Source of the DNA: Octopus sinensis
Taxonomy: Eukaryota
Length of the DNA stretch: 64,000 nucleotides
Direction of reading: 5' to 3'
Assembly (NCBI RefSeq): GCF_006345805.1
Contig: NC_043004.1
Coordinates: forward strand, 25,792,001 to 25,856,000
Below are positions 52,551-64,000 of this stretch, in pieces. The position numbers were made by a program, and so were the translations under genes. The notes beneath the pieces are model-generated. The model did no database searches, was not told where the DNA came from, and saw only the letters and a list, made by a program, of their open reading frames with translations. Position 1 is the stretch's first letter. Each line of letters starts with the position of its first letter.

Positions 52551-52991
52551 AAAATAGAAAATTCGGGAAGAAAAACGAAATTTTTTAACACAGGTAACAA
52601 AGTGTATTTTAAAATATATAGGAACAGAAAACAGGACTGGGAACAAGGAAGTATAACTGGACGTCTGGGTAATGTGATGTACATGGTAAAAGGACCAAAA
52701 TATGAACGCAGAAGGCATTTAAACCAGAAAAAAAAAGATATACCAAAAACCAAGAGAGGCAAGAAGAACCAATGGATTTATAGTATGATTTGTTCCAGGT
52801 CCCAGAAGCACAAGTAAAAGTGTTTGAGGTCCCAGAACCACAAGCAAAAGCAGAACCGACACGTAGGTCAAACAGGAAGAGAAAACCTACAGAAATGATG
52901 GAAATTAACGCTAAGAGAAAAAGATACGCCAGTTTCTCACTGAGGAAATAAAATTGATAAATTTGCGTTTAAAAAACTCAAAAGGGGGAGG

Positions 52992-53107
52992 TGTTGTGTG
53001 GACGCCCCCAAACAATGAAGTAGATTAGCCCAATATGTAGATATAGAGGGAGAAGTCTAGACGTCGAGAGGAGTTGAGTAGAGGTCATCCGAACGTGCGA
53101 CATAACA
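52992..53107 (+). repeat. 3' LTR
   Basis: Directly follows the polypurine tract. Confidence 0.95.
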
Positions 53108-53996
53108 CAAACGATAAGTAATACGTTTTTAGTTTTGTTATTTTTTATTTTTTATTTCATATATATTTTTGGAATGATAAGTATATTTATTTAAGAAATA
53201 ACGGAGTAATTTATTTAAAAGTTTATTGGTTGAAAAAATATGAATTTCTAATCGCTATATTTGTTAATTATAATTTAGATATGTACTTTTATTTAATTTT
53301 ATGATTTTATTATTTTATAATTATTATATGTGAACTAAAATCTAAAAGTATTAAGTGTGTTTTGTAAAATAGTTTGTAACGTAAAATATTAGAGTATAGC
53401 TAGTGAAAAGATATTCTATAGTCTGCTAATGTTATGCTTAAAGCTAAATTATATCTTCACAGATATATACATTTTTCTATCTATTTCCTCTATTTTTTTT
53501 CCTTAGGTTTTTAACATGATAAATGTATTATAGGCACCTGGTCCTACTGTTTAAGTTTCAAATTTAGTTAATGGAGTTTCTTCTATAAGAACAATCATGA
53601 TTTCATTTCTTTAAGAAATATTGTTTAATTCTATTTAATTATTTATTTAACTATTATTGTTATTATTGTTGACCTGAGGAGTGACTATACTTTTAAATTG
53701 AATTGTTTTTCGATTAAATTTAAATTTAATTGTAATCTGTATTTAAATTATCACCATGAAACGTACGTAGTCTTTTTACTTATTATATATTGTTTATTCA
53801 TTTTGTACTTTTGGGAATCTAGTTATATGTTTTATAATATATTTTATTTTTTCTTTATGATTTGGTTTATGTCTATTATTGTTTGAATTTCATAATAGTG
53901 GTTTTTCTCTAATTTATATATATTATATATTTATATTGTGAAATTTGATTTAATACTAAATTGAATTTTTCCGCCTAAGTTTTGAGTTATACTCCC

Positions 53997-54046
<50 letters not shown>

Positions 54047-54139
54047 GTCATCATCATCATCATCAACTGCTACAAAGGTAAGGGTAACGCTTTAGATACA
54101 AATAATTGCAGAGGTATCAAGTTGTTGGATCAGGTAATG

Positions 54140-56030
54140 AAGGTTATGGAGAGGATCATAGCCCAACTAATTAGGGAGAGTCAGTTTGGATGAGATGCAG
54201 TTTGGGTTTGTGCCAGGGAAAAGCAACACTGATGCTATATTTCTGGTAAGACAGCTGCAGGAGAAATACCTAGCCAAAGATAAGCCCCTGTACATGGCTT
54301 TCTTTGACATGGAGAAAGCCTTTGACAGGGTTCCCTGACCCCTTATCTGGTGGTCAATGAGGAAACTAAGGATAGATGAATGGTTTGTGAGAACCGTGCA
54401 AGCTATGTACAGGGACACTGTCAGAAAGGCGAGGGTTGGCAACAAGTACAGTGAGGAATTCCAGGTAAAGGTAGGGGCCCACCAAGGTTCAGTCCTCAGT
54501 CCCCTCCTATTTATCATAGTCCTCCAGGCAATAATGGAGGAATTCAAGACAGGATGCTCCTGGGAGCTCCTCTATGCTGACGACCTTGCTCTAATTGCTG
54601 AGTCACTATCAGAACTAGAGGAGAAATTTCAGGTGTGGAAACAAGGTTTAGAATCGAAGGGCCTTAAAGTCAACCTAGCTAAAACCAAAGTCCTAATAAG
54701 TAGGAAGGCAGGCAAACCACAAATCCCTTCAAGTAGATGGTCCTGCTCGATCTGTAGAAAAGGCATGGGTAGAAACTCTATAAGATGTACCCAGTGTAAG
54801 CTATGAACACATAAGAGGTGCAGCATTATCAAAGGAAGGCTAACTGCGAAGATAGTTTTTGTATGTGGCAGATGCTCAGGGGCAATAAACACTGAAAATG
54901 TGCAGAGAACAACTTCCGCTACATTCCAGGGAGAAAAACTAGAAGTAATTGATAGCTTCCATTACCAAAGTGACCAAGTCAGTAGCAGGGGAGGGTGCAC
55001 TGAAAGTGTAGCTGCTAGAATAAAAATAGCCTGGGCAAAGTTCAGAGAGATCTTACCTCTGCTGGTGACAAAGGACCTCTCACTCAGAGTAAAAGGTAGA
55101 CTGTATGACACATGTGTACAAACAGCTATGCTACATGGCAGTGAAACATGGGCAGTGACTGCAGAGGACATGTGTAAGCTTGCAAGGAATGAAGCCAGTA
55201 TGCTCTGATGGATGTGTAATGTCAGTGTGCATACTCGACAGAGTGTAAGTACCTTGAGAGAAAAGTTGGACCTAAGAAGCTTCAGATGACTGTGCTGGTA
55301 TGGTCATGTGGCGAGAACGGATGAGGATAGCTGTGTGAAAAAGTGCCACACCCTAGCGGTTGAGGGAACCTGGGATGAAGTGGTGAAGCACAACCTTTGA
55401 ACATTAGGCCTCACCGAGGCAATGACTAGTGATCGAGACCTTTGGAAATATGCTGTGCTTGTGAAGTCCTGGCAAGCCAAATGAGACCATAACCTCGTGG
55501 CCTATGTCAGGGGTGTAACCAGCTCACTTATGCGTACCTTTCCTTCATTGGACACTAAACTCTGCTTGCGAAGACCTGTTGAGGTAAGTGAAATCAAAAT
55601 CAAATTTGATGATGGGAATCCGTGCTAGTGGAGTGCTAAGAGCACCATCCGAGCGTGGTCGTTGCCAGAGCAGCTAACTGGCTTCCATGCCAGTGGCACG
55701 TAAAAAGCACCATTCGTGTGTGATTGTTACCAGCGTTGCCTTACTGGCACTTGTGCAGGTGGCACGTGAAAAGACATTCGAGTGAGGTCGTTGCCAGTGC
55801 AGGTGGCACGTAAAAAACACCATTTGAGCGTGGCCGTTGCCGGTACCACCTGACTGGCTCTCGTGCCGGTGGCACATAATAGCACCCACTACACTCTCAG
55901 AGTGGTTGGCATTAGGAAGAGCATCCAGCTGTAGAAACTCTGCCAGATCAGATTGGAGCCTGGTGCAGCCATCTTGTTTGCCAGTCTTCAGTCAAATCGT
56001 CCAACCCATGCTAGCATGGAAAGGGCAGGA
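54140..56030 (+). mobile_element. RTE LINE 3' half (RT, 3' UTR subrepeats, tail)
   Basis: DMEKAFDRV, GAHQGSVLSPLLF, LLYADDLALIA and GSETWAV motifs with stops and frameshifts. Confidence 0.92.
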
Positions 56031-56504
56031 CATTGGATAATGTGCACTTAAATATGCTATAGCTGAGTAAAAACTGGAATAATCACTGCTAGAATACCTT
56101 GTCATAAGTTTGCTAGAGAAGCAGCCTAGGGCTAAATAACTATTTTTGTGTTCAACCTCAGTTTGAAGATAAAATGCTAGAAAAACTAAAAATATATTAA
56201 AGTGAACTGAATCTGGCGGTTTCATTTGATTGGATTGTTGATGTTAAAAAAAAAAAATCAGACTAATTTTTGTGAAAAATTTAATAAGTAACCCAAACTA
56301 ATTAGATTCTCATTATTTTTCTAGCTGTATAATCATTGGTTAACCCTGATAACAGATTTAAATCAATGATGTTCCAGCTGTGAAATTCAGTTTTTCTTTT
56401 TCAGTCAAAATGTATCTAGCACTACATTATCCAATGTATCCTTCCTCTTCTAAGATGATAATATCCAGATTTTGTTGCTAGTTGTAGCACGTCAGCAAGT
56501 CATC

Positions 56505-56660
56505 ATCATCATCATTATTTAACGTCTGCCTTCCATGCTGGCATGGGTTGGACAGTTTGACAGGAGCTGGCCAGGCAGGAGCCTAAACCAAACTTCTGTG
56601 TCTGTTTTGGCAGGGTTTCTATGGCTGTATGCCCTTCCTAACACCAACTTCTCAACAGCT
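56505..56660 (-). mobile_element. RTE 3' tail
   Basis: (CAT)n-TTTAACGTC...GCCCTTCCTAACACCAAC. Confidence 0.75.
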
Positions 56661-57112
56661 CCTTCGTTAATTTGTTGTTGGATTTTTTAAAAACTTACCA
56701 CATCAGATATGTTTTAAAAGAGCTTGGGGGGGGGGTGGAATAACCTTAAGTCATTGCACCCTGGATATACAAGATTTAGAGTATCTGGGATATTGGAGTA
56801 TCTGTAGGTATTAGGATATCACACTGGATCCAACCTGGGCACAGTTTGTAATAATGCAGAAACATCTGACAAGCCAATGGGGAAGCTTCTGTGTGGTAGC
56901 TTCACCTGTTAAAAATAGCAGTCAAATCACCAATAAATGACACTTCACAGTTTTAAAGGGTGGGTAAAAATGACAATGTAATTTTAAATGTAAACTGTCT
57001 CTGAAACAAAAAGATATAATGGTCACAACAAGAATGCCTTAACTATCAGCCAAATGTTGAATACAAATCCCTTTCAAGCTCAGAAACTGATAAAATGTTT
57101 TGGTCTGCAATG

Positions 57113-57265
57113 TTAACACTTTTGTTACCATATCCAGTTGATTTCAACATTAATTTTTTTTCAATTGATTTTGAAAATTATAAAAATGTTTGAAATATAT
57201 TAGAATGGAAGTTTCAATCATAGAACTGAAGGTGGTCAAAGGCAGATTGGTATCAAAAGAATTAA
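57113..57265. mobile_element. Short decayed piggyBac-like MITE
   Basis: TTAA-CACTTTTGTTACC ... GGTATCAAAAGAA-TTAA. Confidence 0.5.
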
Positions 57266-57724
57266 AATGAATTCTTTCTCAAAAGAGATTACAGAAATAA
57301 AAGATGGCAGAAAGAGCAATGGTGCTTACTAAAGAGGACATTAAGTAGACAGGCTGTCCTACTGAAACAACAAATAGTAAACGGTGCTAAAACTTACAGA
57401 TCAACTTTAATTTTGTTGCTGTGAGGAGAGGTGAGTTGGAAACTGTCATGGCGTCAGTGGCTTTTATCTGGAGGAAAGAGAGACAGGGAGATAATAAATG
57501 AAAGACTATCAAATTCAATTATCAAAGAGACAAACAAAAAAAAAACAGAAAAGAAAATAAAATAATATAAAAATATTTGCATGAATTGAAACTATACCAA
57601 CGGTCATGGCAGATTTTTACTGAATGCTGACACCTCTGTACTGTCAGTGTATGTGTACTTATATGAATGCATATACATGAGTGTGTATGAACATTCATAT
57701 GTCTGTGTGACTATAAGTAAAAGC

Positions 57725-58040
57725 ATGGCTGTGTGGTTAAGAAATTTACTTCCCAACTACATGGCTTCAGGTTCAGTCCCACTGCATCACTTTTTGAGCG
57801 TCTTCTACTCTAACTTTGGGCCAACTAACGCATTGTAAGCAGATTTGGTAGAGAGAAATTGAAAGAAGTTCATTGTGCATGTGTACATGTCAACACATAC
57901 ATATAATGAAGACAGACAGACACACACACACACACACTCACTCACACACAATGAACTTCTTTCAATTTGTCTACCAAATCAGATTCACAAGGCAACCAAT
58001 GGTCCAGAGTCAGCGCAGAAGACACTTGCTCAAGAAGTGG
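57725..58040 (+). mobile_element. tRNA-headed SINE (family 2), decayed
   Basis: GGCTGTGTGGTTAAG...GGTTCAGTCCCACTG head. Confidence 0.7.
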
Positions 58041-58529
58041 GGCAGTGGCACTGATGTTTTTTTCCTTGTTAAGTTCTCTTTGGATTTTTTCTCTGCATGT
58101 ATGCACATTTTTACTTTAACATTGTAACTTTTTTCAAACAGTCTTGCCTATCACTTTTTAGCCTTCTGTAAAATATATATATACATATATATATACACAT
58201 ATATATAAACATATATACACACATATATATACATACATACATACATATACATACATATATATACATATATATACATATACATACAATATATATACATATA
58301 CATACAATATATATACATATATATATATATATATACATGTATATACATCATCATCATCATTTAACGTCCGTTCTCCATGCTGGCATGGGTTGGACGGTTC
58401 GACCGGGATATATATATATATACACATATACATGGCCACAGCTCATGAGCTGAAACTAGATAAGAATAATAAGAATACATACATATATATACATATATAT
58501 ATGTATATATATATATATATATATAATGG

Positions 58530-60531
58530 GAAGCTTTATGAAAATAGACAAAAGACGAAGGCAGGTTTACGGAAATAAACAAAAGACGAAGGCAGGTGTA
58601 ATACAAACAAACAATTGTATTAGTATGGCGCTCAGGAAATATAAATAAAACAAGTCTTTAACGTTTCGAGCCTACGCTCTTCAACAGAAAGATACACAGA
58701 GAAGAAACACAGAAAGAAGGAGAGAAAAAAAATGCATGCAGAGGCTAGCGAATCAACATGGCGATCTGATTTTGGCCAGAAGTCAAAGATCAAGCGTGAG
58801 ACGCAAGAGCGAAATTAGGGGAGATAATAGGGTTAAATGACCTCACTCCAACATAAGAGTGTGTGTGTGTGTACGAGAAGAGTGTGTATGTGTGTATGAG
58901 AGAGTATTAGTGCGTATGAGAGGTCTGGACGTGTGTATGTATATATGATGTGATGTGTAAAGTCGTATGGTGTAGTGTAGAGAGAGGGGAAGAGGGGGGA
59001 GGTGAGGGGGATAAAGAAAGGGGAGAAGAGGAGAGAAGGAAAGGGGAGAAGAGGAGGGGGAAGGGAGAGAAGGAAGGAGAGAAGAGGAGGGGAGAGAAGG
59101 GGGAGAAGGAAGGAGAGGAGAAGAGGAGGATAGAGGGGGAGGGGGAGAGAGAGAGAGAAGGAGAGTGAGGGAGCAGAGAGAAAGAGGGAAGGGGAAGAGG
59201 GAAGGAGGGAAGGAGAAAGAGGGAAGAAGGGAAGAGGAGTAGGGGTGAAAGGATGAAGGACTGAAGAGAAGTAGGGTTCAGGGGGGATGTTAGATGAGGA
59301 GGGGGGAGAGGGGGTTAGATGAGGAGGGGGAGAGGGGGTTAGATGAGGAGGGGGGAGAGTTGAGACCAAATGGCGTATAAGAGCGAAGAGAGAAGATTAA
59401 TTCCTGTTCACGGCGCAAACGGGAATCCGGATGGGCTCTGTGCAAGGACAAACCAAACACAGACAGGTGTTGCAAGGAGTGACCAGTGGAGCGGAAATGG
59501 CATGAGACCGGTGTGTCGTTCACAAGGCGGATGTCACGGAGGTGTTCTGCGAACCGGTCAGCCAAGCGGCGTCCCGTTTGTCCGATGTACAGGGAATGGC
59601 AGAGAGAGCAAGAGACGCAATAGATAATATTGCTGGAGGTGCAGGTGAAGGAGTTGATGATGCGATAGGGTCGATGATGGGTGCCAGTGAGGAGGGTGGT
59701 GTTGGAGAGGTAAGAGCAAGTGCGGCAACGTGAGTGGGAGCAGGGGACCAAGCCAGGTTGGGAGGTAGGGTCAGGGAAGGAGCTATGGACCAAAAGGTCT
59801 CGAAGGTTATGGGCTCGTTTGAAAGAGGGGAGGGGTCGGTTAGGGAAGAGGTGTGAAGTGGACGGGTCGGACTGGAGATGACGGAAAGCTCGAAGAATGG
59901 TGCGTTGGAGAGGTAGGGTCGTGGGGTGGTAAGTGAGGGGAAAAGGGAGGCGGGAGACTACAGGGCGGGTTCGGGGAGAGAGAGCAGATACACGGTCCAC
60001 GGAACGTGCTCTGGCAAGGGCGGTGTGGATAGTGGTGAGGGGGTATCCACGTAGGATGAAGTGGTGAGCCATACATTGAGACTGAGTCTCAAAGTCATGG
60101 TCGTCACTACAGAGCCTACGTAGATGGAGGAATTGGGAATAGGGGATGGAAAGCTTGGTGTGTTCTGGGTGGGAGGAAGAGAAGTTGAGATATGAGTGTG
60201 AGTCTGTGTGTTTGTAGTGAATGGAGGTGGTAAGAGTGGAGTGAAGAATGCTAACCGAAATGTCGAGGAAGGAGACAGAGGTGTTGGAGATAGTGGAAGT
60301 GAAGTGGAAGGCTTTATGGAAAGATTGAACGAAAGAGAGGAAGGAATCTAGATGTTCACGGGAGAGTGTGGTGGCACCGATAATGTCGTCAATGTAACGA
60401 CCGTATAGTTCAGGAGTGGGACCAGTGAAATTAGAGAATATTTGGGCCTCAACATAGCCAATGAACAGGTTCGCATAGTTGGGTCCCATTCGCGTTCCCA
60501 TGGCCACTCCCGAGACCTGATGGTAGAACTC

Positions 60532-60534
<3 letters not shown>
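58530..60534 (-). mobile_element. Penelope-like element (Neptune-like), 5'-truncated, RT plus GIY-YIG and 3' pLTR
   Basis: About 415 uninterrupted codons (59290-60534) with GVAMGTRMGPNYANLF, YIDD, IPYSQFLHLRRLCS and IIYCVSC...YIGQTGR. The 5' end is lost at (TA)n; the upstream part of the listed ORF is microsatellite read-through. Confidence 0.93.
58655..58692 (-). ncRNA. Minimal type I hammerhead-like motif with an A6U core variant
   Basis: UCUUU-CUGUUGA-A-GAGC(GUAG)GCUC-GAAA-CG-UU/AAAGA. It lies downstream of the PLE ORF on the same strand. Confidence 0.68.
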
Positions 60535-60580
<46 letters not shown>

Positions 60581-60670
60581 CATATATATACATACATATA
60601 TATATACATACATATATATAATATACCTTCTGTAAAATATTTTTTTTTCATTTTTCAATACTAATATGTA

Positions 60671-61035
60671 CTAGCACTATGATCCGGCGTTGCCAGGTCA
60701 TAGTGCTAGTGCATGCATATATAGCTGCGTGCGTGCGCACATACACGCGAGTACTGTCCAAATCTCCGACCAATCACATACAGCTAGCTGGCATTCAATT
60801 GGCATATCAAGTTTCGGGCATTTTGATTGGGTTTGGGATCGAAAATACACAAAAAAAGTCACTTCTATTGATTTTTTAAGGGCTTTGCAGGGTGACTGGG
60901 GAAATGTAAAGATGTGCACGACCACCCTTGGACGGTTTTGAATGACCATAGAAAGTGCGAGCCCTCTAACTGAAAAATTGTGGATTTGTATAAAGCACAC
61001 GCACACAGACATTTTGCCGTTTATATATAGAGAGA
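60671..61035 (-). mobile_element. Non-autonomous Helitron-like element
   Basis: On the minus strand A/TC...CTAG/T (AT target), with a 19-bp terminal hairpin at 60670-60710. Confidence 0.75.
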
Positions 61036-61144
61036 TAACTCTCTATGGTTTTTTTCTACTAGTCACCTGTTACATTATATTCTACTATACACATATAAAT
61101 ATATACATACATATATATATGAACATATATACGCATATATACAT

Positions 61145-61177
<33 letters not shown>

Positions 61178-61192
61178 CATATATACATACAT

Positions 61193-61234
<42 letters not shown>

Positions 61235-61235
<1 letters not shown>

Positions 61236-62011
61236 ATATATATAAAGCTGAAGTTGTCTGTGTGTGTGTTGACCCAAATTGAGAGTATGATAGAAGAAGG
61301 CTTGCTCTTCATTCTGTAGAAGACAAAATTCAAATCGGACCATGTTGAGACCAAAAATTATTTACATCAAAATGGTGCTTTTTTACCATGAAAATCCCTA
61401 TCTTTTTACGATTTTTTGACTGCTGTGTCGCCATTTTTCGGTGTATTTCAACCAGAAAAAGTGCGACCTGCATGCTGTTACTATCTACGATGTTCAAGTC
61501 AAACCTTCAATGGGTATGTTTTGATTTTACAGATTTTTTTTAGTTATACGTGATGTAAAATAGTCGATTTTATTCATTTTACATGTACAACCAAGATTCA
61601 TGTTGCCCACCCGTTTGGCTTCAAAATAACTTTTTTTTTTAATTCTTGTAACCACAAACTGTTCTTACTAACGTTTTGGATTTTCCTGTACATTTTCTTA
61701 ATGAATACAGTTGCACCGTTAATTTCTTAATAGATTTTCAGTAAAGTTCGAAACTTGAGCTTCATTTTGCTTTAAATCTACGAGTAATTTTTTCTCCATA
61801 ATGTTAATAGAAGGATATTAACCAACAATACCAACAACTGAAGTCGGCATTACACATTTGCAGCACATTCAGAGCAAACTCAAGCATCACCACACTATAC
61901 TTTTATTCATAGATTGAAACTATGTAAAAACTTTGTTAACGTGACATCAAAGTCTGCTGTTTTAAGTGCAACTAAAAAACAAACCTGAGCAATGCCGGGT
62001 TATACTGCTAG
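61235..62011 (+). mobile_element. Non-autonomous Helitron-like element
   Basis: 5' TATATAAAGCTGAAGTTGTCTG(TG)n; 3' GCAATGCCGGG...CTAG. Confidence 0.62.
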
Positions 62012-62027
62012 CATATATATATATATA

Positions 62028-62836
62028 TCTATATATATAAAACTCAACTTGTGTGTCTGTGTGTTTAACTTCCTGGCACATCTCCTAGCCAACAAATCGT
62101 AGAACCACCAAAAATGGGTCACTTAAAGTTTAGGTGAATGAAAATTGGACTGCGCTATTTCTGTTCCGAAATTCATCTCGCAAGTGCAAAAATCGATAAT
62201 GTGTTTGTTTAGGCCTTATCCCATGCATTGAATAGTGAACTTTACTCAGTCAGCTGTTTGATGTGAACTGTGTTCCCCACGCGTGCAAGCATGTGTAAAT
62301 TGCATGAAAAATAAAAAATCAAGATATAAAAACGAATCGCCGTAAACATTGTAGAAATTCGGCAAAGGAATGAATTTTTGGGATGTAGCCTGGAGGGTTT
62401 TTTTGTATTAATCGTTTGGACTTTGTGAACACATACCAATTGTTTTCATAACATTTTTAACGCTTTGAATTAAATGTGACCATTTTGCGTTGAGTCTGCA
62501 GTTTGAATCACTTTAACTAAATTTTAGCAGGCCGGATTTTTGATCATCACGATACATCGCCAGTGACTCCCTCAAACTCTCCCCTGAAATCCCCATTGAG
62601 AAATACTGATCTAAAAGAATAATTCAACAATGCAATTATTTGATCAACAAAAATTTATGAAACGCTTCTACATACTTCCTATTGAGGAAATGGAACACAT
62701 AAGCGCAAAAATAGAGGACATTAAATGCTTGATTTTAAAACCAACATAATTGAATTTTGATTGAACTTCATCCAAGTTTAGCTTAATTCGGGCATGCATA
62801 GAACGCACAAGTGCACGAGTCGGGCAATACTGCTAG
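62028..62836 (+). mobile_element. Non-autonomous Helitron-like element
   Basis: A/TCTATATATAAAA...GC-rich subterminal segment...CTAG/T (AT target). Confidence 0.68.
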
Positions 62837-62861
62837 TATATATACATATATATATATATAC

Positions 62862-62904
<43 letters not shown>

Positions 62905-64000
62905 AATGCCATGGATATCTTTAGGATACCAAAAGATACCTAGAGGTTATAACTGTTATCCACTACATGGCAATACTTCAACATCTTGCTCTGTCGTTGT
63001 ATTGAAGGCTTTTTTATAATCAAGGTATATAAGGTATTATGGTAGATTTTACATCTGGTGTTTTTCTATCAGTTGGTTAACAACATCTATATAATTGCTA
63101 ATGGAGCTGCTTCCGAAAATTTCTGGCTTTTGTGCCTGAGTCCCATCCAAAATCTTTCCCTGTTTCTCTAAGTTTCAGAGTAGACTTATTGAGCAGTCAT
63201 TGTTTCAAGTCGCATTTATCTCTCTTTTTGTATATTACAATCATTATTGCGTTTCCCTCCCATAGACCCAGTAGTTTCCTTTTATTAATATGTTGCTTTC
63301 ATTTTGACTGGAATATCATCTCCTTCAATGATTACGTAATCTTGGACTGTCTCTTCTGGTAGATCCAGCAGTAAACATTAGTTTGGAGAATTGCTCAGCT
63401 CTTGTTGGAATTCCTAGCTGTTGTTTCCAGGCTTTGTCTATTGATATCTAGATGATTAGACTTTACTGTACTCACCATGCTTTGGTGGTCACCATCAGTA
63501 TTTAGTTTGTTAATGACTGCCAGCTTGTTCATCAAGATAAGGTCTATCTTGTTTATTCATGTCCATTTAACTGACAAATAGATATGAAGGCAATCATAAT
63601 TGCTAATGATCAACAGCATGAAGACACACTCAACATCATAGAAATTCAATTACACGTTGAATCCTCAGAGTTGTATGTAACTCTGCCTTAAAGTAAACAT
63701 ATTTCTGATGTCAATATATTGTAATAAAGCATCTCTTCAATAAAGCATCTCTTTGTATCTTAGTCCTATGTTTCAATTATAAAACTCTATTTTCTGTTTT
63801 TTAAGCCATGGGTATTTTCAGCCAACTATATAACAGCTGTTCATTTAGTAGACTAGAAATTTTACAGTTCATTGTACTGTCTAAAGATGACAAATCCCAA
63901 GTGTGAAGTGGGAATGATTGGTTATGTGGGAAGATTAAAGAAATGGGGGTTGCCTGAGGCATGGAGCTCAATGTAATGCCTGTAGCCATGAAGTTATGCA

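Larger units (their letters stand above)
48806..53107 (+). mobile_element. Ty3/Gypsy LTR retrotransposon (Mag-like), structurally complete but coding-dead
   Basis: 116-bp TG...CA LTRs, PBS, PPT AAAGGGGGAGG (52981-52991) and 5-bp TSD TAAAC/CAAAC. Gag has two zinc knuckles, followed by PR (LDTS), RT (YLDD), RNase H and integrase (GHPG, HVDFAGP, SDNG) in Gypsy order with many frameshifts. Confidence 0.95.
46291..54001. mobile_element. Long-TIR, foldback-like non-autonomous DNA element hosting nested insertions
   Basis: About 120-bp TIRs TATTAGGGAGTATAACTC...AGAGAAAAACC at 46291-46410 and 53880-54001. The interior is very AT-rich and modular, with no ORF of its own. Confidence 0.82.

Noticed and set aside
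58111-58606. Many Y/I/C/V/H/T-rich ORFs here and at about 12.3, 14.6, 18.3-18.8, 24.2-24.7, 27.4 and 61.0-61.3 kb
   Set aside because: They are translations of (TA)n, (CA)n, (AAT)n and (GATA)n microsatellites.
60535-60651. N-terminal 38 aa of the 453-aa ORF
   Set aside because: Read-through of a (TA)n tract; the Penelope ORF is simply truncated at 60534.

Overview
AT-rich, microsatellite-laden eukaryotic DNA whose repeat families suggest an octopod cephalopod (inference from repeat content). It is not prokaryotic, and I see no CRISPR array, rRNA or true tRNA gene. The one host gene I can support is the 5' part of a TRAF7-like RING E3 ligase on the minus strand. It is reconstructed by hand from short exons mostly absent from, or mis-bounded in, the ORF track: 36975-37049 (MTTTKREVTVIDITKGE), then 35726-35799 or 23115-23203 (two phase-1/0 Ser-rich exons that appear mutually exclusive), a 27-nt microexon at 15100-15126 (KSMREEEGP), and the 93-nt RING exon at 8577-8669. 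The rest of the gene probably lies off the left edge. The remainder is mostly transposable elements: Dong/R4, Tx1/L1-like, RTE, CR1 and Penelope-like retroelements, several tRNA-headed SINE families, two full-length mariners, piggyBac-like and mariner-like MITEs, three Helitron-like elements, and a 4.3-kb Ty3/Gypsy element with 116-bp LTRs nested in a 7.7-kb long-TIR element. Best leads: three different hammerhead-ribozyme folds (42826-42901, 45383-45426, 58655-58692), one of them inside a tRNA-headed SINE; the candidate mutually exclusive TRAF7 exons; and a duplicated LTR-end/PBS in the Gypsy element. All alignments and folds were done by eye, family names come from recalled motifs, and the edges of decayed repeats are approximate.
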